Part shown: positions 38,317 through 46,707 of the stretch, piece after piece
How the letters are laid out: the number at the start of each line of letters is the position of its first letter
Numbering within the stretch: position 1 is the first letter of the stretch
Assembly (NCBI GenBank): GCA_963727455.1
Contig: CAVSGG010000003.1
Coordinates: 96,001-160,000, forward strand
Source of the DNA: Candidatus Krumholzibacteriota bacterium
Lineage (GTDB): Bacteria; Krumholzibacteriota; Krumholzibacteriia; JAJRXK01
Reading direction: 5' to 3'
Length of the DNA stretch: 64,000 nucleotides
Program-made: the position numbers and the translations under genes
The notes under the pieces: generated by a model
What the model was told of the DNA's origin: nothing
Databases searched by the model: none
What the model saw: only the letters and a program-made list of their open reading frames with translations

Positions 38317-39714
38317 ATGTCCACTCTTCGCTCCGAAACCAGTCAATCCACGGCCACAGCTACGGCCACCACCGAGCTTGCTGCCTGTGCCTTTCGGCCG
38401 GGGCTTGGCGCCGCGCAGGTGGATCGCGAGCTGAAGGCGGCCGTACGCGACTGGCAGTCCGCCGAACACTGTGTCGTACTCTGGTTCGCCGAACTCAGCC
38501 GGCGTCGACTCTACAAGGAACTCGGATACGGCAGCATTCATCTCTATGCCACCGAGGTCTTGGGATTCTCTCAGGCGCGCTCCTACCAATTTCTCCAGCT
38601 CGCCGAGCGTCTGCGAAAACTCCCGGCGCTTGAAAAGGCCGTGGCTTCGGGCGAACTCGGTTGGACGAAGGCGCAGGTCGTCGCGTCCGTTGCGACCCCG
38701 ATGAGCGAGCGGCGGTGGCTGGAGAGAGCGAAGATCCTGAACCGACGCGAGTTGCAGGAGGAGATCGGCGCGGTCCGGCGCCAGACGAAGAGCGCGCTGA
38801 GAAGCTCCAACGCTCAGATGCAGATGGGATCCAAGAAGAAGGTCTCGCTTGCCGCCCGGATTGCGGAAAAGCAGCAGGCCAAGGCGTCGACCGTTTCGGC
38901 GAAGCTGAACTCGCGGAAGGATGATGGAAACAGCTGCGGGACGACAAACACAGATGCGGAACGCGGGAAGGCCGATACCGATCGCGATGCTGAACTGGAC
39001 TTTGCAAGTTCCGAGGCCGCGGAGATGCCGCTCAACGTCGGGCTGACCTTCACCGCAGAGCAGTTTGCCCGCTACGAAGCTCTGGTGGCCAAGCTCCGCC
39101 AGCGTGGGCATCGTGCGAAGAAGGCCGAGTTGATTCTCTCAGCTTTAGAAAACTTGTTGAGCAACTCCGAACTGCGAACCACTCGTAACTCCGCAGGCAG
39201 TGAGAAGTCCACCGGCAGTGAGAAGTCCACGAGTTGCCACAACTCCGAACTGCGAACCACCCGCAGAGAAAAAGGCACTCGTCAGAAGCGCCGGCAGGGC
39301 GTGGCCGGGCCCTCGTATCAGGTTCACATCCAACACTGTCCGCGCTGCGAGGCCGCGACGGTCTCCACGAGCAGGGGCGACCGGCGCATCGACCGCGCCA
39401 CCCTGCAGTCCGCGCTCTGTGATGCCAAGTTGCATCGCGAAACGGTGCGCTCGAAGAGACCGCGCACCGTCTCCACCACTCCGCCGCGTTTACGGCGCGA
39501 GGTGTTGGAACGCGATCACTTTCGTTGTCGCATGCCGGGATGCCGAAATCGGCAGTTCTTGCAGGTCCACCACATCGTGGCGCGGGAGGATGGTGGGAAG
39601 AACCGCGCGAGCAACCTCATCACACTCTGCGGGGCTTGTCATCGGGCTCTGCATGCGCTCAGCGCAACGCAGCGAAGCAGGGTGTTGCAGCGCACGAGCC
39701 GCCAGCTCGAGTGA
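38317..39714 (+). CDS. HNH endonuclease with DUF222-like N-terminal region
   Basis: RBS GAGGAGG; RDHFRCRMPGC..LQVHHIV..GGKNRASNLITLCGACHRALH; extra CPRC; N-terminal LYKELGYGSIHLYATEVLG..SGELGWTK. Confidence 0.85.
   Translation: MSTLRSETSQSTATATATTELAACAFRPGLGAAQVDRELKAAVRDWQSAEHCVVLWFAELSRRRLYKELGYGSIHLYATEVLGFSQARSYQFLQLAERLRKLPALEKAVASGELGWTKAQVVASVATPMSERRWLERAKILNRRELQEEIGAVRRQTKSALRSSNAQMQMGSKKKVSLAARIAEKQQAKASTVSAKLNSRKDDGNSCGTTNTDAERGKADTDRDAELDFASSEAAEMPLNVGLTFTAEQFARYEALVAKLRQRGHRAKKAELILSALENLLSNSELRTTRNSAGSEKSTGSEKSTSCHNSELRTTRREKGTRQKRRQGVAGPSYQVHIQHCPRCEAATVSTSRGDRRIDRATLQSALCDAKLHRETVRSKRPRTVSTTPPRLRREVLERDHFRCRMPGCRNRQFLQVHHIVAREDGGKNRASNLITLCGACHRALHALSATQRSRVLQRTSRQLE
39162..39260 (+). 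repeat. Nested direct repeats inside the HNH gene
   Basis: CAACTCCGAACTGCGAACCAC at 39162 and 39240 flank GGCAGTGAGAAGTCCAC at 39196 and 39214. Confidence 0.85.
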
Positions 39715-39809
39715 GCGCTTGTCAGGTGCCGCAACGCTGCCTTCCGTCAGCTCTAGTGCGCGCCGCCCGAGCAAGTGCCTGCCGCCCGGGCGAGACTGAG
39801 CTGCCCGAG

Positions 39810-42557
39810 CTAGTTCGAGTCGTCCGTATCGCCGCTGTCGTCCGAGTCGTCCTTGGACTTCTCGCTTGCTGTGCCGCTGTTCGAATCCGCCTTCGTGCCC
39901 CATAGGTGATTCCAGTAGCGCTCGTCGCCTTTGAGCTTTTTGTCGAAGTAGGCGACGATGGTGCGGCTCCAGAGCAAGCGGCGGTCGTAGCGCAGAATCC
40001 AGTGCTGCTCGCCGTTGATACGGATGAAGTCGACATCCCTTCCCAATACCTTCAGCGCGGTATAGAGCTGCTCGCTCTCTCCCGGCGGCACATTGTTGTC
40101 GATGTCTCCGCACAGAAGCAGCAGCGGGGTATGGATCTTGTCCGCGTTGAAGAGGCTTCCCTGCTCCACGTAGAACTGCGGAGCGTTCCAGGGGTACTTG
40201 CCGGCCGTCGCGACTGCGCTGTAGAACGCACCCCAGTCTCCCTGCCCCCAGTAGGAGCCGATGAAGGAGATTCCGGCGTGGCTCACCGCCGCGGCGTAGA
40301 GATCGCAGTGACTGACCAGATACATGGTCTCGAAGCCGCCGAAGCTGGCACCGATACAGCCCACGCGCTTGGGATCGACGAAGTCATGCGCGGCCAGGAA
40401 CTTCTCGGTGCCTTCGATGATGTCCTGGGAGGAGCGCTTGCCCCAATCGTTCACATGCCGCGCGCTGAACTCCTGCCCGAAACCGGTCGCGCCGCTGGGC
40501 TCGGGCACGTAGATCACGTAGCCGTTGGCGGCCCAGTAGTTCTTCGGATAGCGGCCGCCGAAATCGCGGGTGATGGGAACCGTCCCGCCGTAGTAGTAGA
40601 CGATGCACGGCCACTTTTCGGCCCGGTTCGCATCGAAGTTGGGCGGATAGTACACGCGCCCGATGATGGTAGTGCCGTCGCTCGCAGTGAAGTTCCAGTC
40701 CTCCACCTTCCCCAGCTCGATGCGGTCGAAGCGCGCCCCGTTGGGATCGGCCAGAAGACGGGGCTTCCCCGATGTCTTGGCTTCCTGCACGAAGATCCTC
40801 TCGTGCTGGCTGGTGGACTCCGCAACATAGGCTAGCATCGAACCATCGTGGCTCGTGCTAAGACGACTCGCCACCGCACCCGCACAGTTCAGCTTGGCGA
40901 TCTCCCCGCTCTTGGCGTCCAGGCGATAGAGCAGGTCGCGATCGGCCGTGGTCGCGATGAAGTACACGGCATTGTCCTTCTTGGACCATTCGAACGATCC
41001 AACCGCGGGATCGAACTCGCGCGTGAGCGCGGTGACTTTGCCGCTGGCGCGATCCATCGAGTAGAGCTGATAGTCGTAGTCGTTGGGGATGACTCCCTCC
41101 GGCAGGTTCACGCCAATGCTTCCGAAGGCATCGGGTCCGCCCTCGACCACGATGCTCTTGCCGTCGGGCGCGTAACTCGCGCCACCGGCCCACTTGCTCT
41201 CGAACACTTTCTTGCACTGCAGAGTCTTCAGATCGACCTCGTAATACTCCTGCACGCTGAATGGCCGCTCGGTGCTGCCAAATACCTCGCGCGAGAAGAG
41301 CAAGGTGGAGGAATCCGGGCTGATGTCCTGCAGGCTCGTCGCTTCCGCGCCCGCGGTGAGGCGGTGGCTCGCGCCCGAGGGATAGGATGCCAGGTACAGG
41401 TAGCTGCGATCGCGGTAGGTGGCCCAGCGATCTGCGAGATTCTCGTAGTGCTTGAACTCCTCGTGCTTGCGCTCCTCTTTGTGGCTGACGGTATAGACCA
41501 CGGCACTGGCGTCGGGGAGCCAGCGGTACGAACCGAAATGTTCGACGCCCTTCAGCACACTTTCGGTCGGGCTACCTTCGAGATCGGCCACCCACAGAGT
41601 GGTCTTCTTGTCGTCCTTGGTGGTGAAGCTGTAGCGGTGACCGTTTCCCGGAACCCAGGCGAAGCTCGAGGGCCCATCGTCGCCCTCGAAGGAGCGCACG
41701 AGGCCCCCGTCCTTCGTACGTCGAATTTCGTACCAGCTCTTGCGATCGTCCCGCGGGACGCCGGGGTAGCTCAGCTTGTAGGCCAACAGCTCGCCGTCGT
41801 TGGAGAGCTTCAGTCCGCTGATCGAACGCGCGTCGAGCAGTTCCTTGACTTCCAGCTCGTGCCGTGGCGAGAGATCCACCGCGACATTCACGCTCGAGTC
41901 CGGCGCGGCCATCTTCACCTTGGCCGACAGGGTCCATTCCTTGGCCCCCAACGGATCGCGCAGCGCGCGCACGATGACGCGGTGCTTGCCGCGCAAGAGT
42001 TTCAGATCGACGGTCGCCGGGTCCTTGTCCGTCTTGTCCTTCACTTTCTCGCCATCGAGGTAGACCTGCAAAAGGTGCGGGCTGTCGAGCACCAGCTTTG
42101 CGTCGCTATAGCGATCCACGCTCAGGTAGAAGGCGGCCAAGCACTGGACCGGAAGGGAATTCGCGGACGATTGCGCAGCGGCTGACAAGAGAGAAGAAAG
42201 ATCAAGTGCGCCATCGGTGGCCTTGCGCTCCTGCCACTTGAGCTCTTCCCGCGGCCAACTCCAGCTCGCCCCCGCGGCGGGATAGACCTCGTCCACATCG
42301 ATGGCATCCTGGGCTAGCAGGTCTTTCAGCTCGATCTCGTGCCCCGCTTCACCTGAGAGTGCCGGCAGGGGCAGCGCCGAGGCCCCTGTCACGAGCCACG
42401 AACTCACGGGGATCTCGCGGCCTTCGGTCTCGTCGGCCGCCGTCGCTGCCCGCGCTGCGGCCAAGCACAGCGTCGAAGCGAGCAGGAGCAGAGCCCAGAA
42501 CCTCAGTGGGAGGAATCGAGTGGCGGTGGACGAGGCAAATTCACGGCGCAGACGCAT
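39810..42557 (-). CDS. S9 family (prolyl oligopeptidase/acylaminoacyl) peptidase, exported
   Basis: GASFGG nucleophile elbow, DNNVP, EQHWI triad; beta-propeller N-terminus; signal peptide. Confidence 0.92.
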   Translation of the reverse strand: MRLRREFASSTATRFLPLRFWALLLLASTLCLAAARAATAADETEGREIPVSSWLVTGASALPLPALSGEAGHEIELKDLLAQDAIDVDEVYPAAGASWSWPREELKWQERKATDGALDLSSLLSAAAQSSANSLPVQCLAAFYLSVDRYSDAKLVLDSPHLLQVYLDGEKVKDKTDKDPATVDLKLLRGKHRVIVRALRDPLGAKEWTLSAKVKMAAPDSSVNVAVDLSPRHELEVKELLDARSISGLKLSNDGELLAYKLSYPGVPRDDRKSWYEIRRTKDGGLVRSFEGDDGPSSFAWVPGNGHRYSFTTKDDKKTTLWVADLEGSPTESVLKGVEHFGSYRWLPDASAVVYTVSHKEERKHEEFKHYENLADRWATYRDRSYLYLASYPSGASHRLTAGAEATSLQDISPDSSTLLFSREVFGSTERPFSVQEYYEVDLKTLQCKKVFESKWAGGASYAPDGKSIVVEGGPDAFGSIGVNLPEGVIPNDYDYQLYSMDRASGKVTALTREFDPAVGSFEWSKKDNAVYFIATTADRDLLYRLDAKSGEIAKLNCAGAVASRLSTSHDGSMLAYVAESTSQHERIFVQEAKTSGKPRLLADPNGARFDRIELGKVEDWNFTASDGTTIIGRVYYPPNFDANRAEKWPCIVYYYGGTVPITRDFGGRYPKNYWAANGYVIYVPEPSGATGFGQEFSARHVNDWGKRSSQDIIEGTEKFLAAHDFVDPKRVGCIGASFGGFETMYLVSHCDLYAAAVSHAGISFIGSYWGQGDWGAFYSAVATAGKYPWNAPQFYVEQGSLFNADKIHTPLLLLCGDIDNNVPPGESEQLYTALKVLGRDVDFIRINGEQHWILRYDRRLLWSRTIVAYFDKKLKGDERYWNHLWGTKADSNSGTASEKSKDDSDDSGDTDDSN

Positions 42558-42619
42558 CTTGTTCCTTTCGAAGATTATTCTTCTCGCTTCGGAGTTCCTT
42601 CGGTCGGTTCTGACTTGCT

Positions 42620-43120
42620 TCAGTCGTCGTCCTTCAAGCGGGGTTTGGGTACTCTCAGTCCCTGGTTCTCCAACTGGGCCTGGCGCATGGCCACCATGCC
42701 CTGCAGTACCGTCTCTCGCTCGAGTGTCGATTTGATCTGGGGGTCGTAGACTTCCCAGCCCGTCCAGCCCTGTATCATGAAGACAATGGCGAAAACCTGC
42801 GGTCCCCGGGCCTTGATCCAATAGCGCGGAATGGACATCTCGATGCTGCGCAAGGTGTCCGGCGCGGATTCGACGCCGCGAACGGACGAGCTTCCTTCTG
42901 CGGGAGAGCGATCTGCGCGAGAAGTTCCTTCCTCGGCGCTCCCGGCCGACAGGCTAATCGTCATCACGCCGTGTTCGTCCTCTTCCCCGAAGTGGTGCAG
43001 GCGTCCGTCCTGGGCGGAGATGCCCGGCACCGCTCTCAGCTTCTCGCGCACCGCTGCGCACTCGAGCTCTTGATTCTGAGCTTCGCGCGGCCTGAGCAGA
43101 ATGCGGTAGTTTGGATTCAT
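42620..43120 (-). CDS. Hypothetical protein
   Basis: Fills the gap between co-oriented genes; globular-looking sequence (GWEVYDPQ). No family recognised. Confidence 0.55.
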   Translation of the reverse strand: MNPNYRILLRPREAQNQELECAAVREKLRAVPGISAQDGRLHHFGEEDEHGVMTISLSAGSAEEGTSRADRSPAEGSSSVRGVESAPDTLRSIEMSIPRYWIKARGPQVFAIVFMIQGWTGWEVYDPQIKSTLERETVLQGMVAMRQAQLENQGLRVPKPRLKDDD

Positions 43121-43247
43121 GGCATGCTTGGATTGGAGGAATTCCGGCTCCAAGACGAATGCGCTTTCCGAGGCGCGGTCCCCTTAGCTCTTGCGGCACT
43201 TAAGGCTCTTGGGCTCTTGGGCCCTTCGGTTCTTGCGACACCCAACC

Positions 43248-45284
43248 TCACTTCAAGATGACGAGCTTCCCCGTCTGCGTATCGCCGGTGTCGAGATTTT
43301 CGACCGCGTAGACGTAGAGACCCGGGGCGAGGGCGCGAGTGTTTTCACTCAGCATGTCCCAGGCGACCTGTCCGGTGGAGGCGTCATCGCGCTGTAGCTT
43401 GTCCACCAGCGTGCCGCTGACGTTATAAATGGAGATGATCGCGCGCGCAGGAACGTTGGTGAAGTAGATCTTCCGGCCCAGCTCCGCGGGTTCACCGGTG
43501 GGGCGCCGCGCATCGAAGAGCGAGCTGCCGCGATAGGGATTGGGATACACGCCCACCGCGTTGGGATTGGATGGGCCTCCGGGAGCAGAACCCGGCGTGA
43601 CGAGAATCGAATTCTCGTTGAATCCGCTCTCGAGCTCCTCCAGACCCTGCCGGGGGCGTCGATTCGAGTAGGAAGTGACCGAGTACCAGTACTTGAAACC
43701 GTCGCGCACCCCCCGGTCGATGAATTCGCGTTTGCCGTCGGCGGTCATGTGTGGCAGGCCGAGGTTGTAGCCCCAGGTGTCGGGCGTTCCGTCGGGCCAG
43801 GTCACGCGATCGAACTCCGCGATCAACGAGGCCTGCTTGAAAGGATCGCCGGTGATTTCCGCCCCGTCGATGCGATAGATGCGGTAGCCCTGGAAGTCGT
43901 AGTCGCCAGTGAATTCACTGCGATGGTATTCGGGGGATGCGGTCGTGGGATCGTAATCGCCCGTGGGTTCGGTGCCGGGATCCCAACGCAGAATGACTTC
44001 GTTGTCCTTCGTGCTCACTTCCAATATGGGGCTGGGCGGACCCGAAGGTAGTTGGAAACCCGCATCGAAGGTGCTCTGAGCAACCTGGCTGTTGTTGACC
44101 ATCGAGGCGGAATCGGGTCCAGCCACCATCGCGATGGTGAAGTGCGCCTGGTCGCCGGGCAACAGGAGGTCCCAGGGACCGACGGCCAGCATCGAAGTCC
44201 AGTTGCCGTTCGCGTCGAAGTTGTTCCCCTGCCCGTCGTTTCCACGATCGATCTCTCCCGAGGCCATGAATTCGTACTTCCCCTTGTCCAGCCGGCGACG
44301 CGCATCGTTGAAACGCCACTGCCGGTAGGAAAGCGTGGGACGGACACCGTCATAACCCAAAATGCGGCAGCCGGCCCAGGATTCGGCCTTACCATTTTCT
44401 CCGTCGGCGTCGTGGCACCACATGATGCGCGCATCGGGATCGGTGCCGTAATCGCCCGGCGCGATGAAGCCGTTACGATCGTCGTAGAAGTTCCAGCCGT
44501 TGGTTTCGTCTCCGGGGATGGTGACGGTTGTGTTTCCCACGCTCAGCTCGTTGTACCAGCCGATGTAGACCTGACTCAGCTCCTGATCGCTCACGTTCTC
44601 CACCGTGAAATCGATGATGACGAAGTCGTCGGCATAGGGCGGCGCGTAGGCGAGAACCTTGGTGTCGACCCGCAGTCCCATCGCGATGTGTGGATCGTCG
44701 TTGCTTGAATCGCCCGGACCCAGTTCGTCATAAATGGAGAAGTCGAATTCCTGATCGGCGAGCGCCGAGGTGGAGAAGTTGGGACTGAGCGGATTGGTGG
44801 AGAGCAGCTTGATACCGTCCTCGGGACGCGGGCCGTACTCCTGGGTGGGCGAAGACTGCCCTGAACTCGTGTCATCCGCTCCAGCCGAGACCAGCGAGTC
44901 GCCTTCGGCGGTAATCGCGCCCACCCAGATTCCCCCCACGAACATGTGCTCCACGTTCGAGTTCAGAGGGTATTCGAAACTGGGCGAGGACAGGGTGGGA
45001 TTGAGCAGGTTTCCGAAGTACCCCACGTTGGTCACGTTGAGTCCCACCGCACCTACGTTGGTGTAGACCGAGGTCGCAGTGCGCTTGAGCGCGAGGGGAT
45101 CGGCTCTCCAATCGCCCGGTCCCGCCATCGCCGACCCCATCGCGAGAACGCTCATGACGGAGAGGGCGGCAAACACTTGCCACACAGCACACACGAGTAC
45201 GCGGCGCGAGGGGTCGAGCGCTCTGAGGATTCGTGCAAACTTGCAGAGCATGGGGAAGCGAATCGTCAATGTCCGGCGCGGCAT
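43248..45284 (-). CDS. Secreted protein with T9SS type-A-like C-terminal sorting domain
   Basis: FEYPLNSNVEHMFVGGIWVGA, DFQGYRIYR Fn3-like segment, VYPNPY..IYFTNVPARAIISIYNVSG..LAPGLYVY..GKLVILK. Confidence 0.8.
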   Translation of the reverse strand: MPRRTLTIRFPMLCKFARILRALDPSRRVLVCAVWQVFAALSVMSVLAMGSAMAGPGDWRADPLALKRTATSVYTNVGAVGLNVTNVGYFGNLLNPTLSSPSFEYPLNSNVEHMFVGGIWVGAITAEGDSLVSAGADDTSSGQSSPTQEYGPRPEDGIKLLSTNPLSPNFSTSALADQEFDFSIYDELGPGDSSNDDPHIAMGLRVDTKVLAYAPPYADDFVIIDFTVENVSDQELSQVYIGWYNELSVGNTTVTIPGDETNGWNFYDDRNGFIAPGDYGTDPDARIMWCHDADGENGKAESWAGCRILGYDGVRPTLSYRQWRFNDARRRLDKGKYEFMASGEIDRGNDGQGNNFDANGNWTSMLAVGPWDLLLPGDQAHFTIAMVAGPDSASMVNNSQVAQSTFDAGFQLPSGPPSPILEVSTKDNEVILRWDPGTEPTGDYDPTTASPEYHRSEFTGDYDFQGYRIYRIDGAEITGDPFKQASLIAEFDRVTWPDGTPDTWGYNLGLPHMTADGKREFIDRGVRDGFKYWYSVTSYSNRRPRQGLEELESGFNENSILVTPGSAPGGPSNPNAVGVYPNPYRGSSLFDARRPTGEPAELGRKIYFTNVPARAIISIYNVSGTLVDKLQRDDASTGQVAWDMLSENTRALAPGLYVYAVENLDTGDTQTGKLVILK

Positions 45285-45365
45285 CTTTTTCCTGGGAAGC
45301 GATTGGGGCTCGTTCTAGGCTTCAGGAAAGCGTAGTCCTCCCCCGCGCATGTGTCCAGGGTCCCT

Positions 45366-46625
45366 ATGCACCGCCAACTTCGGTTTCCGCTCTCTGCTCT
45401 CGCGTCCTCCTCCCTGAAGCTCGGCTTGCTCGCATTCTGTACCCTCTCTCTCCTCTCACTGGCCGCCTGCCGGAACGATGGCGAAGGCACCGGGACTGCG
45501 GACGAGGCGGCCGGCGGCGACGGGGTGTCCTCAGCCGAGCACTCCTTCGCGAACTCATCCCATCTTCACCTCGATTTCGACTTTGGCGCAGGAAGACTTC
45601 GGGTCGTTCGTCACCGCTTGCAGACCACCGGCTCCGCCAGCGACACCCTCTGGGCGCCGCTGGCCGGCGGCGAGGAGGCCGATCTCGAGGAATTTCGCAT
45701 TCTCCTGGCTCGGCAGGCAGGAATCGGCCCTCCGCTCCAGCTCCCGGAGAGCCAACGGCTCGACTTTCTGGCCCACGATCTGGGGCGACGGCTCCTGGGG
45801 ACCGAAGCTGCCCTGCTCTCGGGTTCGGCCCGCTGGATCGTGAGTCCCGCGAGAGCGGCACCGCTGGAGGCGCTCATCCTGCCCTGGGGCAGCGGCGACA
45901 CGCGGGTCCTGCAGCGATTCGTCGTGAGCTATACTCCCCGCGCCGACGAGGACGGATCAAAGAAGCCCCCGCCATGTCCGCTCGCCGCGGATTCGCAAGC
46001 GCCGGCGGGACACGGAGTCCTGGCCCTCATTCCCTACACCCCCGATCTGACCCCGGTCGAGGATGACCCCGACACTCTGCTGTGGACCCTGCGCTCCCGG
46101 CTGCGGCGCCTGGACACCATTCCGCGCGCCGAGACCTCCCCTGGCGAGCTCGAGACGGTCCTGGCCGCCGCCACCGGGAATTCGGGCTACGCGCTCATCC
46201 TCCTGCGGGCGCGACCCGCTGAAGCCGAGCCGCTACTCTCTTCTCTCTCTGACACCAGTTCCCTCGTTTGGTGGGTGCGCCCTCCCCACGAAGCTCGTTC
46301 GCGCGGATATGAGGGCGAAGCGCGGACACGTGCCCGCTGCCTGGCGCAGCTACAAAGGCTCGTGGACGGGGGGTATGGTGTGATCGTGGATCTCTGGCCG
46401 CGCAACGATCAAACCGTGAAGCGGGGAGCAAAGGTGTGGATCGCGGCGCTACGGTCCGGGGATCCTCCGGCCCTCGCGCTCGCCGAAGCCAAGCGCGCCA
46501 TGGCGCGGCAGGAGCCCGAACAGCCCGGCCTGTGGGCGGGCTGGATCGTCCTGGGCCCGTGCGATGTCCCGCTGCGACTCTCGCGTCCTGGACTGCTCAA
46601 ACGGATCTTCTCCTCCGAGCACTGA
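45366..46625 (+). CDS. Lipoprotein with degenerate CHAT (caspase-like) domain
   Basis: LAAC lipobox; APLEAL, FVVSYTP, VIVDLWPRND, ALAEAKRAM, WAGWIVLG follow the CHAT pattern; catalytic His and Cys not seen. Confidence 0.6.
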   Translation: MHRQLRFPLSALASSSLKLGLLAFCTLSLLSLAACRNDGEGTGTADEAAGGDGVSSAEHSFANSSHLHLDFDFGAGRLRVVRHRLQTTGSASDTLWAPLAGGEEADLEEFRILLARQAGIGPPLQLPESQRLDFLAHDLGRRLLGTEAALLSGSARWIVSPARAAPLEALILPWGSGDTRVLQRFVVSYTPRADEDGSKKPPPCPLAADSQAPAGHGVLALIPYTPDLTPVEDDPDTLLWTLRSRLRRLDTIPRAETSPGELETVLAAATGNSGYALILLRARPAEAEPLLSSLSDTSSLVWWVRPPHEARSRGYEGEARTRARCLAQLQRLVDGGYGVIVDLWPRNDQTVKRGAKVWIAALRSGDPPALALAEAKRAMARQEPEQPGLWAGWIVLGPCDVPLRLSRPGLLKRIFSSEH

Positions 46626-46707
46626 AAGCCCTGCCGTGCTTCCGCGCGCCTCGGGATTTGCTGACGAAGCTGGCCCACGAAGCGGTGGCCGCATCGCAAT
46701 TCGCCGC

